Source: a virus (lineage: Duplodnaviria > Caudoviricetes). Taken from it: a DNA stretch of 41,428 nucleotides. Positions 8,926-17,984 of this stretch are shown piece by piece. Below the pieces are notes generated by a model. The model saw nothing but the letters and a program-made list of their open reading frames with translations. It did no database searches and was not told the DNA's origin. Location of the stretch: the IMG/VR virus record IMGVR_UViG_3300033513_000024, positions 1 through 41,428 of that record, one strand, 5' to 3'. Numbering within the stretch: position 1 is the stretch's first letter; every line of letters begins with the position of its first letter. The translations under genes were made by a program, and so were the position numbers.

Positions 8926-9812
8926 CAGATACCCGCCATCGCCATGGGGAATGCGCTCTTGAGCAGCGTCTCCACGTCCGGGTCGAGCTTCTTCACATAG
9001 CTCATCTGCCCACTCTCCGCCGCGCTCATCCCTGCGTCCTGCTGCCCCTGCTGCGCCCGCTTGAAGAAACGCGACGCCTGGATTTTGCACGCCCGCGCTA
9101 TATCCTCTGGCGGTGTGGTAGAAATTCCGAACACCCCGGTCACCTTCACCCGCTTCCGACCGGCCGTGAACACGCTCTTCGTCGTGCCCGCCTTTTGACT
9201 GACCTCCAGGGCCCGGATCGATTCGCCTATCATCGAGGCATTGTATGGCCAGGTGTAATAATCCGTCTCCGCCGCCCACGTGGTCCATACCCCGTCCGTC
9301 TCCTCCACCTCGACCTTCGACACGCTCACCGCGTGGTCGATGCGCTGGTAAGCCATCCCGCTCCCCATGAAATAGCGCGTTTCGCTATCCGCTGCCAAAT
9401 AGGCCCCCGGCTCCACCCGCTTGAACCGGTCGATTAACCGGCTCGCCTCCACGCACATCTTCCAGATCACGTCCTCGAATTCCTGGCCTATCGCCTGGCT
9501 GCCCGATCCCGCCGCAAGCTCGTGTCTCACGTCCAGTGCTGTGCAGTAGGCGTCAACCGTGCCCCCCTGCTGCGCTGCGCTTTTGGTTGACTCCCCTGGC
9601 GTCGCGCCATAGTAGGCGACTTTGTACCAGGTCGCCGTGGTGCCGTCCACGTCGGCGTAAGCATAGCCCGTCTGCCCGGCCACCAGCGCCACAGTGCCGT
9701 CCAGGGTCGTGAACGCCCCCGTCGAGGTCGTATCGGTGTACACCCGGATGACCGTGTACCCAGCCGCGATAATCTGAGTTATATCGTCTACAGTGATAGA
9801 CAGTCTGATCAT
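8925..9812 (-). CDS. head-tail connector/adaptor with N-terminal extension
   Basis: AYCT...ASRLIDR...PEDIARAC...LDPDVETLL, typical of gp6/gp15-like adaptors. Confidence 0.7.
   Translation of the reverse strand: MIRLSITVDDITQIIAAGYTVIRVYTDTTSTGAFTTLDGTVALVAGQTGYAYADVDGTTATWYKVAYYGATPGESTKSAAQQGGTVDAYCTALDVRHELAAGSGSQAIGQEFEDVIWKMCVEASRLIDRFKRVEPGAYLAADSETRYFMGSGMAYQRIDHAVSVSKVEVEETDGVWTTWAAETDYYTWPYNASMIGESIRALEVSQKAGTTKSVFTAGRKRVKVTGVFGISTTPPEDIARACKIQASRFFKRAQQGQQDAGMSAAESGQMSYVKKLDPDVETLLKSAFPMAMAGI
9762..9789 (-). repeat. dif-like site inside the adaptor gene
   Basis: Minus strand: AGACGATATAA CTCAGA TTATCGCGGCT. Confidence 0.65.
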
Positions 9813-10033
9813 AGCTCGCTTGCCCCCCGTGCGTTGGGTGCCGCCTGTTCTGTCGCCGCGATGCTTGGAGTGCCAACCTCAATTGCCGCTGCCAGGTCTA
9901 GCCCGCTCGTTGCCGCCCTGATCACCGGGCCAGCGCTGACCGTAACTACTGCCTCGCCCTCCGGCCAGTACGGATAGGTCCGTGGCCAGTAGTTCTCCGG
10001 CCAGTAGTGCTCCGGCCAATAACTCAATGCCAT
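9809..10033 (-). CDS. hypothetical protein with YWP repeats
   Basis: YWPEHYWPENYWPRTYPYWP; translationally coupled to neighbours. Confidence 0.55.
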   Translation of the reverse strand: MALSYWPEHYWPENYWPRTYPYWPEGEAVVTVSAGPVIRAATSGLDLAAAIEVGTPSIAATEQAAPNARGASEL

Positions 10034-10776
10034 TATTCCGTCCCGTCCAGGACGACCGCCGTGCGGTTGCCGTCGTCATCGGTCGTGGCGTCAATCCGGG
10101 TCGTCGTGCCGTCCAAGCCCTTAAACTTGGGATTGGTCGTGCCCGCGCCGCTCAACTTGCCTGCATTGGCTGCCGCTAGAATGCGCACTATCTGGCGCAA
10201 GGTGTACGTGCTCTCGATAGTCTCATCCAGTATGGCGTCGATGGCATCGTCTGAGAGAGCTGCAGCGGTGATGGCATCGTTAGCCACCGCGCCGACTGAG
10301 GCATCCACGCGCCCCCCGACCAACGCGGCCGGCAGGCGGGTGTTAGCCGCTGCGTAGGCGTCGCCCGTCTGGTTGACGCTGGCCACCGTAAGGACAGGCG
10401 CGGCCACGTCAAACAATTTCTTGAAAGCAGCCGCCAGATACCCGCCCACCGTTTCGGTGAGGAGCGTCCCCAATATCGAGATGAGGTTGGCATTCGCCTC
10501 CGCTCTCACCCACAGCGCCGATACCTCTTTTTGGTCCACCGTCGCATCGGTGGTGATAGCCGTTGCTACGTAATCGTAGAGCGTCAAGTCGGCGTTGGTC
10601 AGCACGTAGCCGTACAACCCGCGCCGGCCCACGGTCACACTGTTGTCTCCGCCAGTCACCAGGGCAGAGCGTGCGCCGGTCGAACGTGTGATTTGCTCCA
10701 CGTCCCAGGTCGGCGTCAATCCATCTTTTCCCGCCTTGCTCGCTATGAATTGAGCGTAGAATATGATGGTGGTCAT
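10033..10776 (-). CDS. hypothetical virion protein
   Basis: 247-aa ORF coupled within the head module. Confidence 0.6.
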   Translation of the reverse strand: MTTIIFYAQFIASKAGKDGLTPTWDVEQITRSTGARSALVTGGDNSVTVGRRGLYGYVLTNADLTLYDYVATAITTDATVDQKEVSALWVRAEANANLISILGTLLTETVGGYLAAAFKKLFDVAAPVLTVASVNQTGDAYAAANTRLPAALVGGRVDASVGAVANDAITAAALSDDAIDAILDETIESTYTLRQIVRILAAANAGKLSGAGTTNPKFKGLDGTTTRIDATTDDDGNRTAVVLDGTE

Positions 10777-10796
10777 CGGTTCACCCCAATTTGATG

Positions 10797-11483
10797 CTAG
10801 AGTGCCGCCATAGCCGCCGCAACTGCGGCAACCTGGGGGGCGGTTAGCGTTGCTGAGTAAATCGCCAGGGCGATGATAGTGCCGGTTGCGTAGCGGTCGT
10901 AGCCGTCGATGTCCTGCCGCCGCCTGGCGCCGATGGTCAAGCCTACGCTATCGGCCAGGTCAGCCGTGCCAAGGAAAGTACCAGCCAGGACACTCCCGTT
11001 TTGATACGCATTAAGGCCGGCGATGCATACATTCCCCGAAGCGATGTTTGCCCCATCAATCTCATTCCTATTGATGTAAATTATTTTTGTTCCGACCTGG
11101 GGACAGATGTAATATTGAGCAGTAGCACTATAATATATCCCCGCCGCCGTACACAGGCCGGAAAAATTGGAAATCTGGACAATCAAAGACCAGGCGGCCT
11201 TGGGATTAAGGCCAGTTTTCAGATATTGCGAGGAAGCCGCCGCAAACGTCCAACCTGTAGCCGCGTTGAAGCTGGGAGCCGTGCCCGGAAAGGCGTCGTT
11301 CGTGCCGGGGGCGTTGAGATTGACGTATGAAGCCGCCAGGGACGCCGCGCCTTTCGGCTGATAGGCAGCTACGCAATTCGCCGCCGCAATGCCGCCCGAC
11401 AGCCACCAGGACGTAACCAAACTGACCGGCGTGGTCGCCAACGGCCCGGATAACTGTCCTCTTGCTCCCAATGGTCCTCTCAT
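10797..11483 (-). CDS. lectin/LamG-like virion protein
   Basis: Beta-rich; ends LTIGAR...GTIIALAIYSATLT; lower-GC central part. Confidence 0.55.
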   Translation of the reverse strand: MRGPLGARGQLSGPLATTPVSLVTSWWLSGGIAAANCVAAYQPKGAASLAASYVNLNAPGTNDAFPGTAPSFNAATGWTFAAASSQYLKTGLNPKAAWSLIVQISNFSGLCTAAGIYYSATAQYYICPQVGTKIIYINRNEIDGANIASGNVCIAGLNAYQNGSVLAGTFLGTADLADSVGLTIGARRRQDIDGYDRYATGTIIALAIYSATLTAPQVAAVAAAMAAL

Positions 11484-12208
11484 GGTCGGTATGTTTCTCC
11501 AAGAGACGTCAACCCGTCATCTATCAAGGGTTCAAAAAAACGGAAACCTGCCGTCCGTGTCGCAAACCAGGCGTTGCGTTCCGTCTTTGCCTCAACCATC
11601 GGCAACGCTTCCCGCATGAACTGAACCGGATCGCCAGCCCACGTCGGACAGGCCCACTCAGTCAACCAGATCGGTTTTCCGAACTGCTCCGCCCGCCGGT
11701 CTAGGTAAGCCGCCAGAGCATCCGCGTCGCAGCCGTACCAGTGGACTGCAACGGCCTCAATGCGGCAACCCGCGCAGGCCGACATGAACTTCTCCAGCCA
11801 ATAGCGGTCGAGACAATTACGGTCATATTTGCTCTCGCAGGCACTCACCGCCGGACTGGCCAGGTTACGCCCGGTCGCTTCTAGCGCTGGCCAGATAGCC
11901 GCTACCTGCTCTGGCAAGGCTTCCGCCTGTCTCCTGTAGTTTGGCTCGTTTGGCCCCAAGAGCCAGCCGTCAGCCGACAGACCTCGCAACTCTGCCACCT
12001 GCCCGATACTCCATATCATCGGGACGAATTCGGCTCGGCTGCCAGGGCAGGGATTGACCAAATCCCAATTGTAAAACCACGTTGCGCCCAATGCCTCCAC
12101 GTCGCCGCAAACCACCTGTTCATAGGGCAAGGCTGCACCACGCCCGGAGGCGAACGCTGCGCCAAATAGTATGACAGGTAGCAGTACGGTAAATGTGACG
12201 GGTGTCAT
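11480..12208 (-). CDS. glycoside hydrolase, GH128 / Glyco_hydro_cc-like, with signal peptide
   Basis: WFYNW, FVPMIW, LLGPNEPN (acid/base Glu), VHWY, KPIWLTEW (nucleophile Glu). Confidence 0.8.
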   Translation of the reverse strand: MTPVTFTVLLPVILFGAAFASGRGAALPYEQVVCGDVEALGATWFYNWDLVNPCPGSRAEFVPMIWSIGQVAELRGLSADGWLLGPNEPNYRRQAEALPEQVAAIWPALEATGRNLASPAVSACESKYDRNCLDRYWLEKFMSACAGCRIEAVAVHWYGCDADALAAYLDRRAEQFGKPIWLTEWACPTWAGDPVQFMREALPMVEAKTERNAWFATRTAGFRFFEPLIDDGLTSLGETYRP

Positions 12209-12238
12209 CAGACCTCAGTCCCCAAAGTCTCCGCTCTT

Positions 12239-12266
12239 AGGCAGCATAATCACCATTAACCTCACT
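12239..12266 (+). repeat. dif-like site
   Basis: AGGCAGCATAA TCACCA TTAACCTCACT. Confidence 0.65.
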
Positions 12267-12489
12267 GCCCCACGCTCTTCTTGCGCCCCGGGGCTTTCAC
12301 CATCTTGTCAACCGGTGGAGCTTCCGGCGCCTTGACCTCTGGCTCCGCTGGCCCCACGACAGGCACGAATGCCCCCGGCGAGTCGGCTTGCAGCCAGCGC
12401 GCCGTCACCTCGTCAACCTCGAAGACCTGCCCGGCCTCGAAGCTGAACTGCTTGTTGCTGTAACCGTTCAAACACTTTAGCTTAATCAC
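12262..12489 (-). CDS. small head-associated protein
   Basis: GQVFEVDE...PPVDKMVK type small post-capsid gene. Confidence 0.55.
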   Translation of the reverse strand: MIKLKCLNGYSNKQFSFEAGQVFEVDEVTARWLQADSPGAFVPVVGPAEPEVKAPEAPPVDKMVKAPGRKKSVGQ

Positions 12490-12493
12490 AAAC

Positions 12494-13033
12494 TCACCTC
12501 CGATAGATTTTGAACCGCCGCGCGTCCTGCGTCGCCGCCGGGTAGCGCAGCGCTGTCCAACTAAACCGCAGCCGCGCCTTGGCCGCCTCTACTGCCTGCT
12601 CGACAGGCGCATTCCTGCGCAGCTCTCCCAGCACTCTGGCCGCCAGCGCCTGCGCCCCTGCCGGCGTCTCACGGTTTGCCCAGTTCTCCCCGTCGCCCGC
12701 GATCACCGCTTCCGCCCCCGCCGCCAGCAGAGCCGGCAGGAAAGGCGTCTGCGGCAAGTAGCAGGTTGTCACAAATATCACGGCCCCCACCAGGCGTGAC
12801 ATCCCCACCGTCCGCAACGACAGCGCCGCCCATTGCCCGGTTTCGCCGCTGTACAGATACACGCCGCTCGCAAAGCCGTGCAGGTCCAGGTAGATGAACC
12901 GGGCGCCCTGCCACCACTCCGGGTTGAAATCCCCCGCGAAGATCGGCGGCGAGGTGAGCACCGTTGCACCCTTGCCCACTACCTTGCGCGTCGCCTCTTC
13001 GTAGCGTTGATCGCAGTACGCGAAGACTTTCAC
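12494..13033 (-). CDS. standalone CHAT/caspase-like protease
   Basis: FIYLDLHG (His-Gly), VIFVTTCY (Cys), LLAAGAEAVIAG; GTG start at 13033 assumed. Confidence 0.5.
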   Translation of the reverse strand: MKVFAYCDQRYEEATRKVVGKGATVLTSPPIFAGDFNPEWWQGARFIYLDLHGFASGVYLYSGETGQWAALSLRTVGMSRLVGAVIFVTTCYLPQTPFLPALLAAGAEAVIAGDGENWANRETPAGAQALAARVLGELRRNAPVEQAVEAAKARLRFSWTALRYPAATQDARRFKIYRR

Positions 13034-13034
13034 T

Positions 13035-13496
13035 CTACTGCCCGTAGTAAATCCAAAGAGTGGCAACTGTGCCGCTCGTACTCTCCCCCGCCTGGATGGT
13101 CAGATAATCATTGACCGGGAACTTGCCATACGCGCCCGAAACCGCCGCTCCCGTTGCGCCCGTAAACTGAACGCTGGGATAGTACCATCCATCGGTATAG
13201 GTATCGGTCGTTGCCATGACAGTTCCGGCCGGTGATACCAGGCTGATGGTCATGTCGGTCGTGTTCGTCACCGCCGCGCCATAGTCCACATAGATAGCCT
13301 TCAGGTATCCCCAGAACCGGGTACTGGTCGTCACGGTCCCTGTCGCCGCATCGCCTGATCCCGTCGCCGTGAGGTTGATTTTCTCATAGGCGCTGTCGGA
13401 TGGCAGAGCATTGGGGGCGAAGCCCGGCAGCAGCAGTCCCCCCACCAGCAGAAACGCCCCGATCAAAACAGGCAAGGTCGCCCGCTTAAGATACAT
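13035..13496 (-). CDS. signal-peptide-bearing Thr-rich protein
   Basis: N-terminal hydrophobic helix, beta-rich body. Confidence 0.6.
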   Translation of the reverse strand: MYLKRATLPVLIGAFLLVGGLLLPGFAPNALPSDSAYEKINLTATGSGDAATGTVTTSTRFWGYLKAIYVDYGAAVTNTTDMTISLVSPAGTVMATTDTYTDGWYYPSVQFTGATGAAVSGAYGKFPVNDYLTIQAGESTSGTVATLWIYYGQ

Positions 13497-13521
13497 AATG
13501 CACCTCTCGTAGTCCCACCAC

Positions 13522-13549
13522 AGTGGGTATAATATCCGTTATCAGCCCT
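13522..13549 (+). repeat. dif-like site
   Basis: AGTGGGTATAA TATCCG TTATCAGCCCT. Confidence 0.8.
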
Positions 13550-13607
13550 GGGAACACTCTCCTGCTCCCTCCCCCGTTCGACGGGGGAGGGATGGGGAGA
13601 GGGCCAC

Positions 13608-14732
13608 CTAGCTGTTGTCGTAGCCGGCGACGCAATTCCAGGCCGCGCCGTTGTAGATGAGGGTCAGAGTGTCGTCAGCCCCCAGGGCTACATTGGCCTT
13701 GCATTCGACTGTCCCGCCTGTTCCGTCGATGGTGATGACATCGCTGGCATTATCGTTGCGCAGGATCAGGAGTTCGCCCGCGCCGTGGCCGGCGGCGACC
13801 ACGGGGACGGTGGTCGAAGTTGTAGCCGCCCCGGTGGAGGACAAAACGACGTAGGTGGAGGTTGGCGTGATGGGGTTGCCGTCCACCAGCGTGAAGGCCT
13901 GCGGCGTCAGCTTTTCATACTTCGCCACTGTCAGCGGACCGGCCAGTGCCAGACTGCCGTCGCTCCCGAAGTCAGTCCCGGCATTCCCAATGTTGCTTAT
14001 CACCGCCGCATTCATATCCAGCGCACCGACCAGGCTCGATGTGTTGGACACAGTGAGCGTGCCGCTTACCACGGTATTGCCCGTCGTATCAGCGACAGAG
14101 AAGGCGCTCGTATCCATCGTCAGGCCGCCGTTCAGTGCCGTATTGCCCGCGGTCACCGTTAAGCCGCCCGCCGTGACAGTCGCCCCGCCGGCCGTGACAG
14201 TCAACCCGCCTGCCGTCGCCGTGAGGCCGCCCGCCACCGCCGTTACTCCGCCCGTCGTGGCGGTTATCCCCTCGCTGGTTGTCAGGGTGCCGGTGATCGT
14301 CGTGTCGCCGTCCACCGCCCCGCCGCCCGAGCTGAAGCCGCTGTAGGTCGCCGCGCCGTCGCTGTCCACGTAGAAGACCGGCGTGGCGCTGACGTTTTGG
14401 ACCTCAATCGGATTGCCGTAACCGGCCTTGATCAGGATGCCGGGCGTCGAAGTCGCCACCGCCGTCGCATTGACCTGCACCGCACCGATGCCGCCGTCCA
14501 GCTTGATCTTGTTTGTCGAATGGTCATCGCTGTACATCAGCAGATCGGCCCCGTCGTACAGATAGGCGTCATCCCGCGCGTCGATACTGATCCGTTCCCG
14601 GATCGCCCGCGCCTCCGGCTGTTCCGGCTGGATGATAGGGACCACCGTCACGTTGAACCCCAGCGCCACCAGGACGGCTACCACAGCGCTTAGCACGATG
14701 GTGATGATCAAATCTCGCTTCTTGTCAGTCAT
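13608..14732 (-). CDS. head fibre/decoration-like protein with N-terminal transmembrane helix
   Basis: TAGGLTV repeats; follows the capsid gene; LIITIVLSAVVAVLVALG. Confidence 0.6.
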   Translation of the reverse strand: MTDKKRDLIITIVLSAVVAVLVALGFNVTVVPIIQPEQPEARAIRERISIDARDDAYLYDGADLLMYSDDHSTNKIKLDGGIGAVQVNATAVATSTPGILIKAGYGNPIEVQNVSATPVFYVDSDGAATYSGFSSGGGAVDGDTTITGTLTTSEGITATTGGVTAVAGGLTATAGGLTVTAGGATVTAGGLTVTAGNTALNGGLTMDTSAFSVADTTGNTVVSGTLTVSNTSSLVGALDMNAAVISNIGNAGTDFGSDGSLALAGPLTVAKYEKLTPQAFTLVDGNPITPTSTYVVLSSTGAATTSTTVPVVAAGHGAGELLILRNDNASDVITIDGTGGTVECKANVALGADDTLTLIYNGAAWNCVAGYDNS

Positions 14733-14762
14733 CGTTTCACCTCATAAACTTGATTGAGAGAA

Positions 14763-14790
14763 GGGGCCGGCCTTCACCGGCCCCGGTTTT
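14763..14790. terminator. GC hairpin downstream of the capsid gene
   Basis: GGGGCCGG-CCTTCA-CCGGCCCC. Confidence 0.5.
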
Positions 14791-14814
14791 ACGTTCGTTA
14801 CAGCCCAATCCTGA

Positions 14815-16209
14815 TTAGGCCACCAGGATGTTGCGGATGCCGGCCGCGTGGGTGATGCTCGCCCGCGCCCCATGGGCCGCGACGGCGATGCGGAAGGAAA
14901 CCACCAGGATGTTCATCCGCTTCTGAATATCCCGGTCCACCTCGATCAACAGCTCGCGCCGGAACCCGATCGTCCACATCAACCGATTGAAGATGGACAG
15001 GCTGCCCAGCGTGTTGAGGTTGGCTGTGGTGCTCACACAACCGTCCGCCTCAGCCAGTGGATGGCTGGCCGACACGATGACCGGGATGCCCCGGTAGCTG
15101 GCCAGTTGGCCGGTCATGATGACGGCGTTCGGACCGAACTTGTCCAGGGTTTGCACCCCGTCCAGGTTCAGCATACCCTTGAGATAGGTCGAAACATCGC
15201 ACACCATCCGGCAGGCGTCGGGATTGGCCGCATACTTGCCCATCAAGACGAGCGCCGCGAGCACGTCGGGATCGCCCAGCGCGTCGCCGCCGGCGTTGAC
15301 CGTCTGGGCGGACTTGTCCACCAGCCAGGCGTGCCGGATACCGTCTTGCCCCGCGCTCAGATACCACGCGGTTGCCGCCGGGTTGGCATCGTGCAGGTTG
15401 ATGTTGCCCGTGTCTTCGTCGGTGCTGTCCGCGCTCAGCGCGAAGGCGTCCATCTGCTCCGCGCCGCTGATGCCCAGCCGCTCACGGACGGCCGGCATAA
15501 CTGCCAGCACGGCGTCTTCGTCCAGGGTGTACGACCAGTTCACCTCTGCGATCTGCTCGGTGCTGGTCAAGGTCGATTTGGCCGTGGCCGGGTCGCTCGC
15601 CGTGGTCGCCGTGTTCTCCACGCCCTTGCGCCACGTCACGTCCCCCAGGCCCAGCGGCTGGTCGAACGGGTCGGTCGGCATGGCGATGCGCACCATATTC
15701 CCGACCACGCGGCTGGCCAGGAAGAAGTCCTGCCACAACTCGGCGGCCATCTCGGTCGGAACCAGCTCGTCGCCGGTCCCGGTCCCGCCAGCGGTCAAGG
15801 CCTTCAAGGCCTCTCTCAGGTCTTCCGACGGCGGCTTGACCCGGTCCGGCATAAGCGCGTGACCTTTGGCGAGCAGGGTGTAGGCCAAAAAGGCATCCAC
15901 TGCCTTGACCCGGTTGCCCACGAAGTCCCGGTGCGCCCCGTCCGCGCCGATGTCCTTCACGATCTTGCGGTAGCGGTTGGTTCCGCTTACCGCCTTGTCC
16001 TCAGCCCACACGACCGCCCCGGGGACGCGCCGCTGCGGCTGGGCGTCCATCTTCTCCTTGACCTGCGCGGCCACCAGCGCCTCGATCTGCTCCGAGAATT
16101 GGCCTTTGACCGTCTCGAAGTCAATCGTCGCCGGGTCGTGCTTGTGCTCTTTCAGCAGGGTAGTTACCTCTGCCATCTGCTGAATGATGTTGTCCAATTG
16201 CTCGCTCAT
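14815..16209 (-). CDS. major capsid protein (HK97 fold, N-terminal delta domain)
   Basis: GDELVPTE, YRGIPVIVS; follows the prohead protease. Confidence 0.9.
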   Translation of the reverse strand: MSEQLDNIIQQMAEVTTLLKEHKHDPATIDFETVKGQFSEQIEALVAAQVKEKMDAQPQRRVPGAVVWAEDKAVSGTNRYRKIVKDIGADGAHRDFVGNRVKAVDAFLAYTLLAKGHALMPDRVKPPSEDLREALKALTAGGTGTGDELVPTEMAAELWQDFFLASRVVGNMVRIAMPTDPFDQPLGLGDVTWRKGVENTATTASDPATAKSTLTSTEQIAEVNWSYTLDEDAVLAVMPAVRERLGISGAEQMDAFALSADSTDEDTGNINLHDANPAATAWYLSAGQDGIRHAWLVDKSAQTVNAGGDALGDPDVLAALVLMGKYAANPDACRMVCDVSTYLKGMLNLDGVQTLDKFGPNAVIMTGQLASYRGIPVIVSASHPLAEADGCVSTTANLNTLGSLSIFNRLMWTIGFRRELLIEVDRDIQKRMNILVVSFRIAVAAHGARASITHAAGIRNILVA

Positions 16210-16221
16210 CGAATATCTCCT

Positions 16222-16249
16222 TGTGATGATAATAAGTCTTATACCGTCT
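16222..16249 (-). repeat. dif-like site
   Basis: Minus strand: AGACGGTATAA GACTTA TTATCATCACA. Confidence 0.7.
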
Positions 16250-16267
16250 GCCAGTCCCCCAAAAAGC

Positions 16268-17935
16268 TCAGATCAATTTCTTTGCTTCGCCCAACCACTT
16301 CCCCATCGCTACCGCCAGGGCCGTCTCTTCCGCCTCGCTGAGTTCTTTGTTGTCATCGCCTTGAGGCTGAGCGTCATCGATGATTGCTTCGTCTTGGTCC
16401 TGGTATAAATCAGGGAATAGCGCCTTTAATTCATCTTCTGAATATTCCTTGAAGTCTGGCGCCGTTTCCTCGAAATCCTTGTAATGGCTCGCCAGGTGGT
16501 TGTACACCCCCCGCCGATCGCCGTCCGGGATATTCATCCCGCCGCGCGCCCCCAGCAGTGCCCCCATCGCCGCGGTCACCCCCCGCCACACCGTCTGATG
16601 CTCGCCCGCCGCCAGGTGGTGGGGGAGCTTGTAGCTTTGCTTCACGTCCGGGGCCTCTGCATCGAACCACGCGCAAATGATCTTGAGCGTCGCCGGATCC
16701 GCGTCTCGCATCTGTGCCGGGCCGTCCCACGGCGCATCACGTGAGGCCAGGGGGAGTTTCTTGTACGGGATGGCCGCCTTGGCGACAATTCCCTTGCTTC
16801 GCTTGAGCATCTTCTGCCCGATCCTCTTAACCCGCTCAACCCGGCTCTTCGTCATCCGGCAAATGCCTGTCCCGTCCACCCGTTTCCCCTTGCCTTTGGT
16901 CTTCGGCAGGGAGAGCAGCACCTCAGACAGCAACCTCACATCATATTCGCCGTCCATAGCCTTTACCAGGCTTTCGTCAGGCTGATCTGGGCCACTGATA
17001 GAGTAAACCGCATCCTTTCCCCACTCGCCATCCCAATAGCCGATGGGCGGCACGAAACTCACCTCTTTGCGCGCAAATGTCTTTCCGGCGTCGGGATCGG
17101 GCACCTCGACGATCTCCCCTTCCTCGTCAAAATCCAGCTTCGTGGCATCCTCTGGAATGGTCACATCGTACTTGTGGAAACAGGCAAACACGACCTGTTG
17201 GCCCTCGTAGGCGTCAACCTCCAGACGCCGTATCCACGCCACATCCCCGCTGGAGGCCTCACCCTCTGCTCTTTGCCCAGCCTCAGCCATCTCTGCCGCA
17301 TTGAACAAGACACCGACCTTGCCCCTGGGAGCTGTCGCCCCTTCCTCGACAGGCGCATCTTCAAGCTGATCTAGAACCTCTTCCAGAGCTGTTACAGCAT
17401 CGCGGATGCGTTGCTCATTGGCCGCACTCAGCACCCGCCCCCGCTTGGTGATCCTGTCCATATCGACCTCTGGGAATGACTTCGCCGCCAGTCGCAACGC
17501 TTCCTGGTTGGCCGGAACTGGCACCAACGACCACTCCAGCAGCTCCCATTCCGTGAAATCCCGGCCTCCCAGCTCATTCTCAACCCACTTGATCGGCTGG
17601 AACCCGATCGACGCCGTCCGCACCCAGCCGCCGTTCCACAGCAGCAACACCACATTCTGCGGGTCTTGGTCGTTGGCCGCCGGGCGCAGGTCGAAGTCCG
17701 CCGCCAGGCCATTCTGCACCTGGTTGATGTTGTTGCTCTTGCCCACCGTCGCCCACGGATCCCGGTAATTGTGCCCCCACTGCACTACCGGATTTTTCAG
17801 GTAATTGTCCAGGGCCACTCCAGTTGGCATAACCCTGTCCCGGTCCCGGTCAACCGAACCGGTGGAGATGACAATCTGCCCGCCGTTCTGGCGCGTTTCC
17901 TTGACCTCGATATCGAACGTCTTCCTGATAATCAT
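16268..17935 (-). CDS. prohead protease (HK97-type) with long C-terminal extension
   Basis: DRDRDRV, NPVVQWGHN, ASIGF, LLEWSLVPVPANQEA; C-terminal YKLPHH...VWRGV...HLASHY domain. Confidence 0.85.
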   Translation of the reverse strand: MIIRKTFDIEVKETRQNGGQIVISTGSVDRDRDRVMPTGVALDNYLKNPVVQWGHNYRDPWATVGKSNNINQVQNGLAADFDLRPAANDQDPQNVVLLLWNGGWVRTASIGFQPIKWVENELGGRDFTEWELLEWSLVPVPANQEALRLAAKSFPEVDMDRITKRGRVLSAANEQRIRDAVTALEEVLDQLEDAPVEEGATAPRGKVGVLFNAAEMAEAGQRAEGEASSGDVAWIRRLEVDAYEGQQVVFACFHKYDVTIPEDATKLDFDEEGEIVEVPDPDAGKTFARKEVSFVPPIGYWDGEWGKDAVYSISGPDQPDESLVKAMDGEYDVRLLSEVLLSLPKTKGKGKRVDGTGICRMTKSRVERVKRIGQKMLKRSKGIVAKAAIPYKKLPLASRDAPWDGPAQMRDADPATLKIICAWFDAEAPDVKQSYKLPHHLAAGEHQTVWRGVTAAMGALLGARGGMNIPDGDRRGVYNHLASHYKDFEETAPDFKEYSEDELKALFPDLYQDQDEAIIDDAQPQGDDNKELSEAEETALAVAMGKWLGEAKKLI

Positions 17936-17956
17936 TGCTCACCTCATCACCGCCCC

Positions 17957-17984
17957 AGGCGGTATAATCTACCTTATCACTACT
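17957..17984 (+). repeat. dif-like site
   Basis: AGGCGGTATAA TCTACC TTATCACTACT. Confidence 0.75.

Noticed and set aside
10797-11483. Diversity-generating retroelement target
   Set aside because: No reverse transcriptase and no template/variable repeat pair seen in the window
14848-16341. 497-aa plus-strand ORF
   Set aside because: Antisense shadow of the major capsid gene
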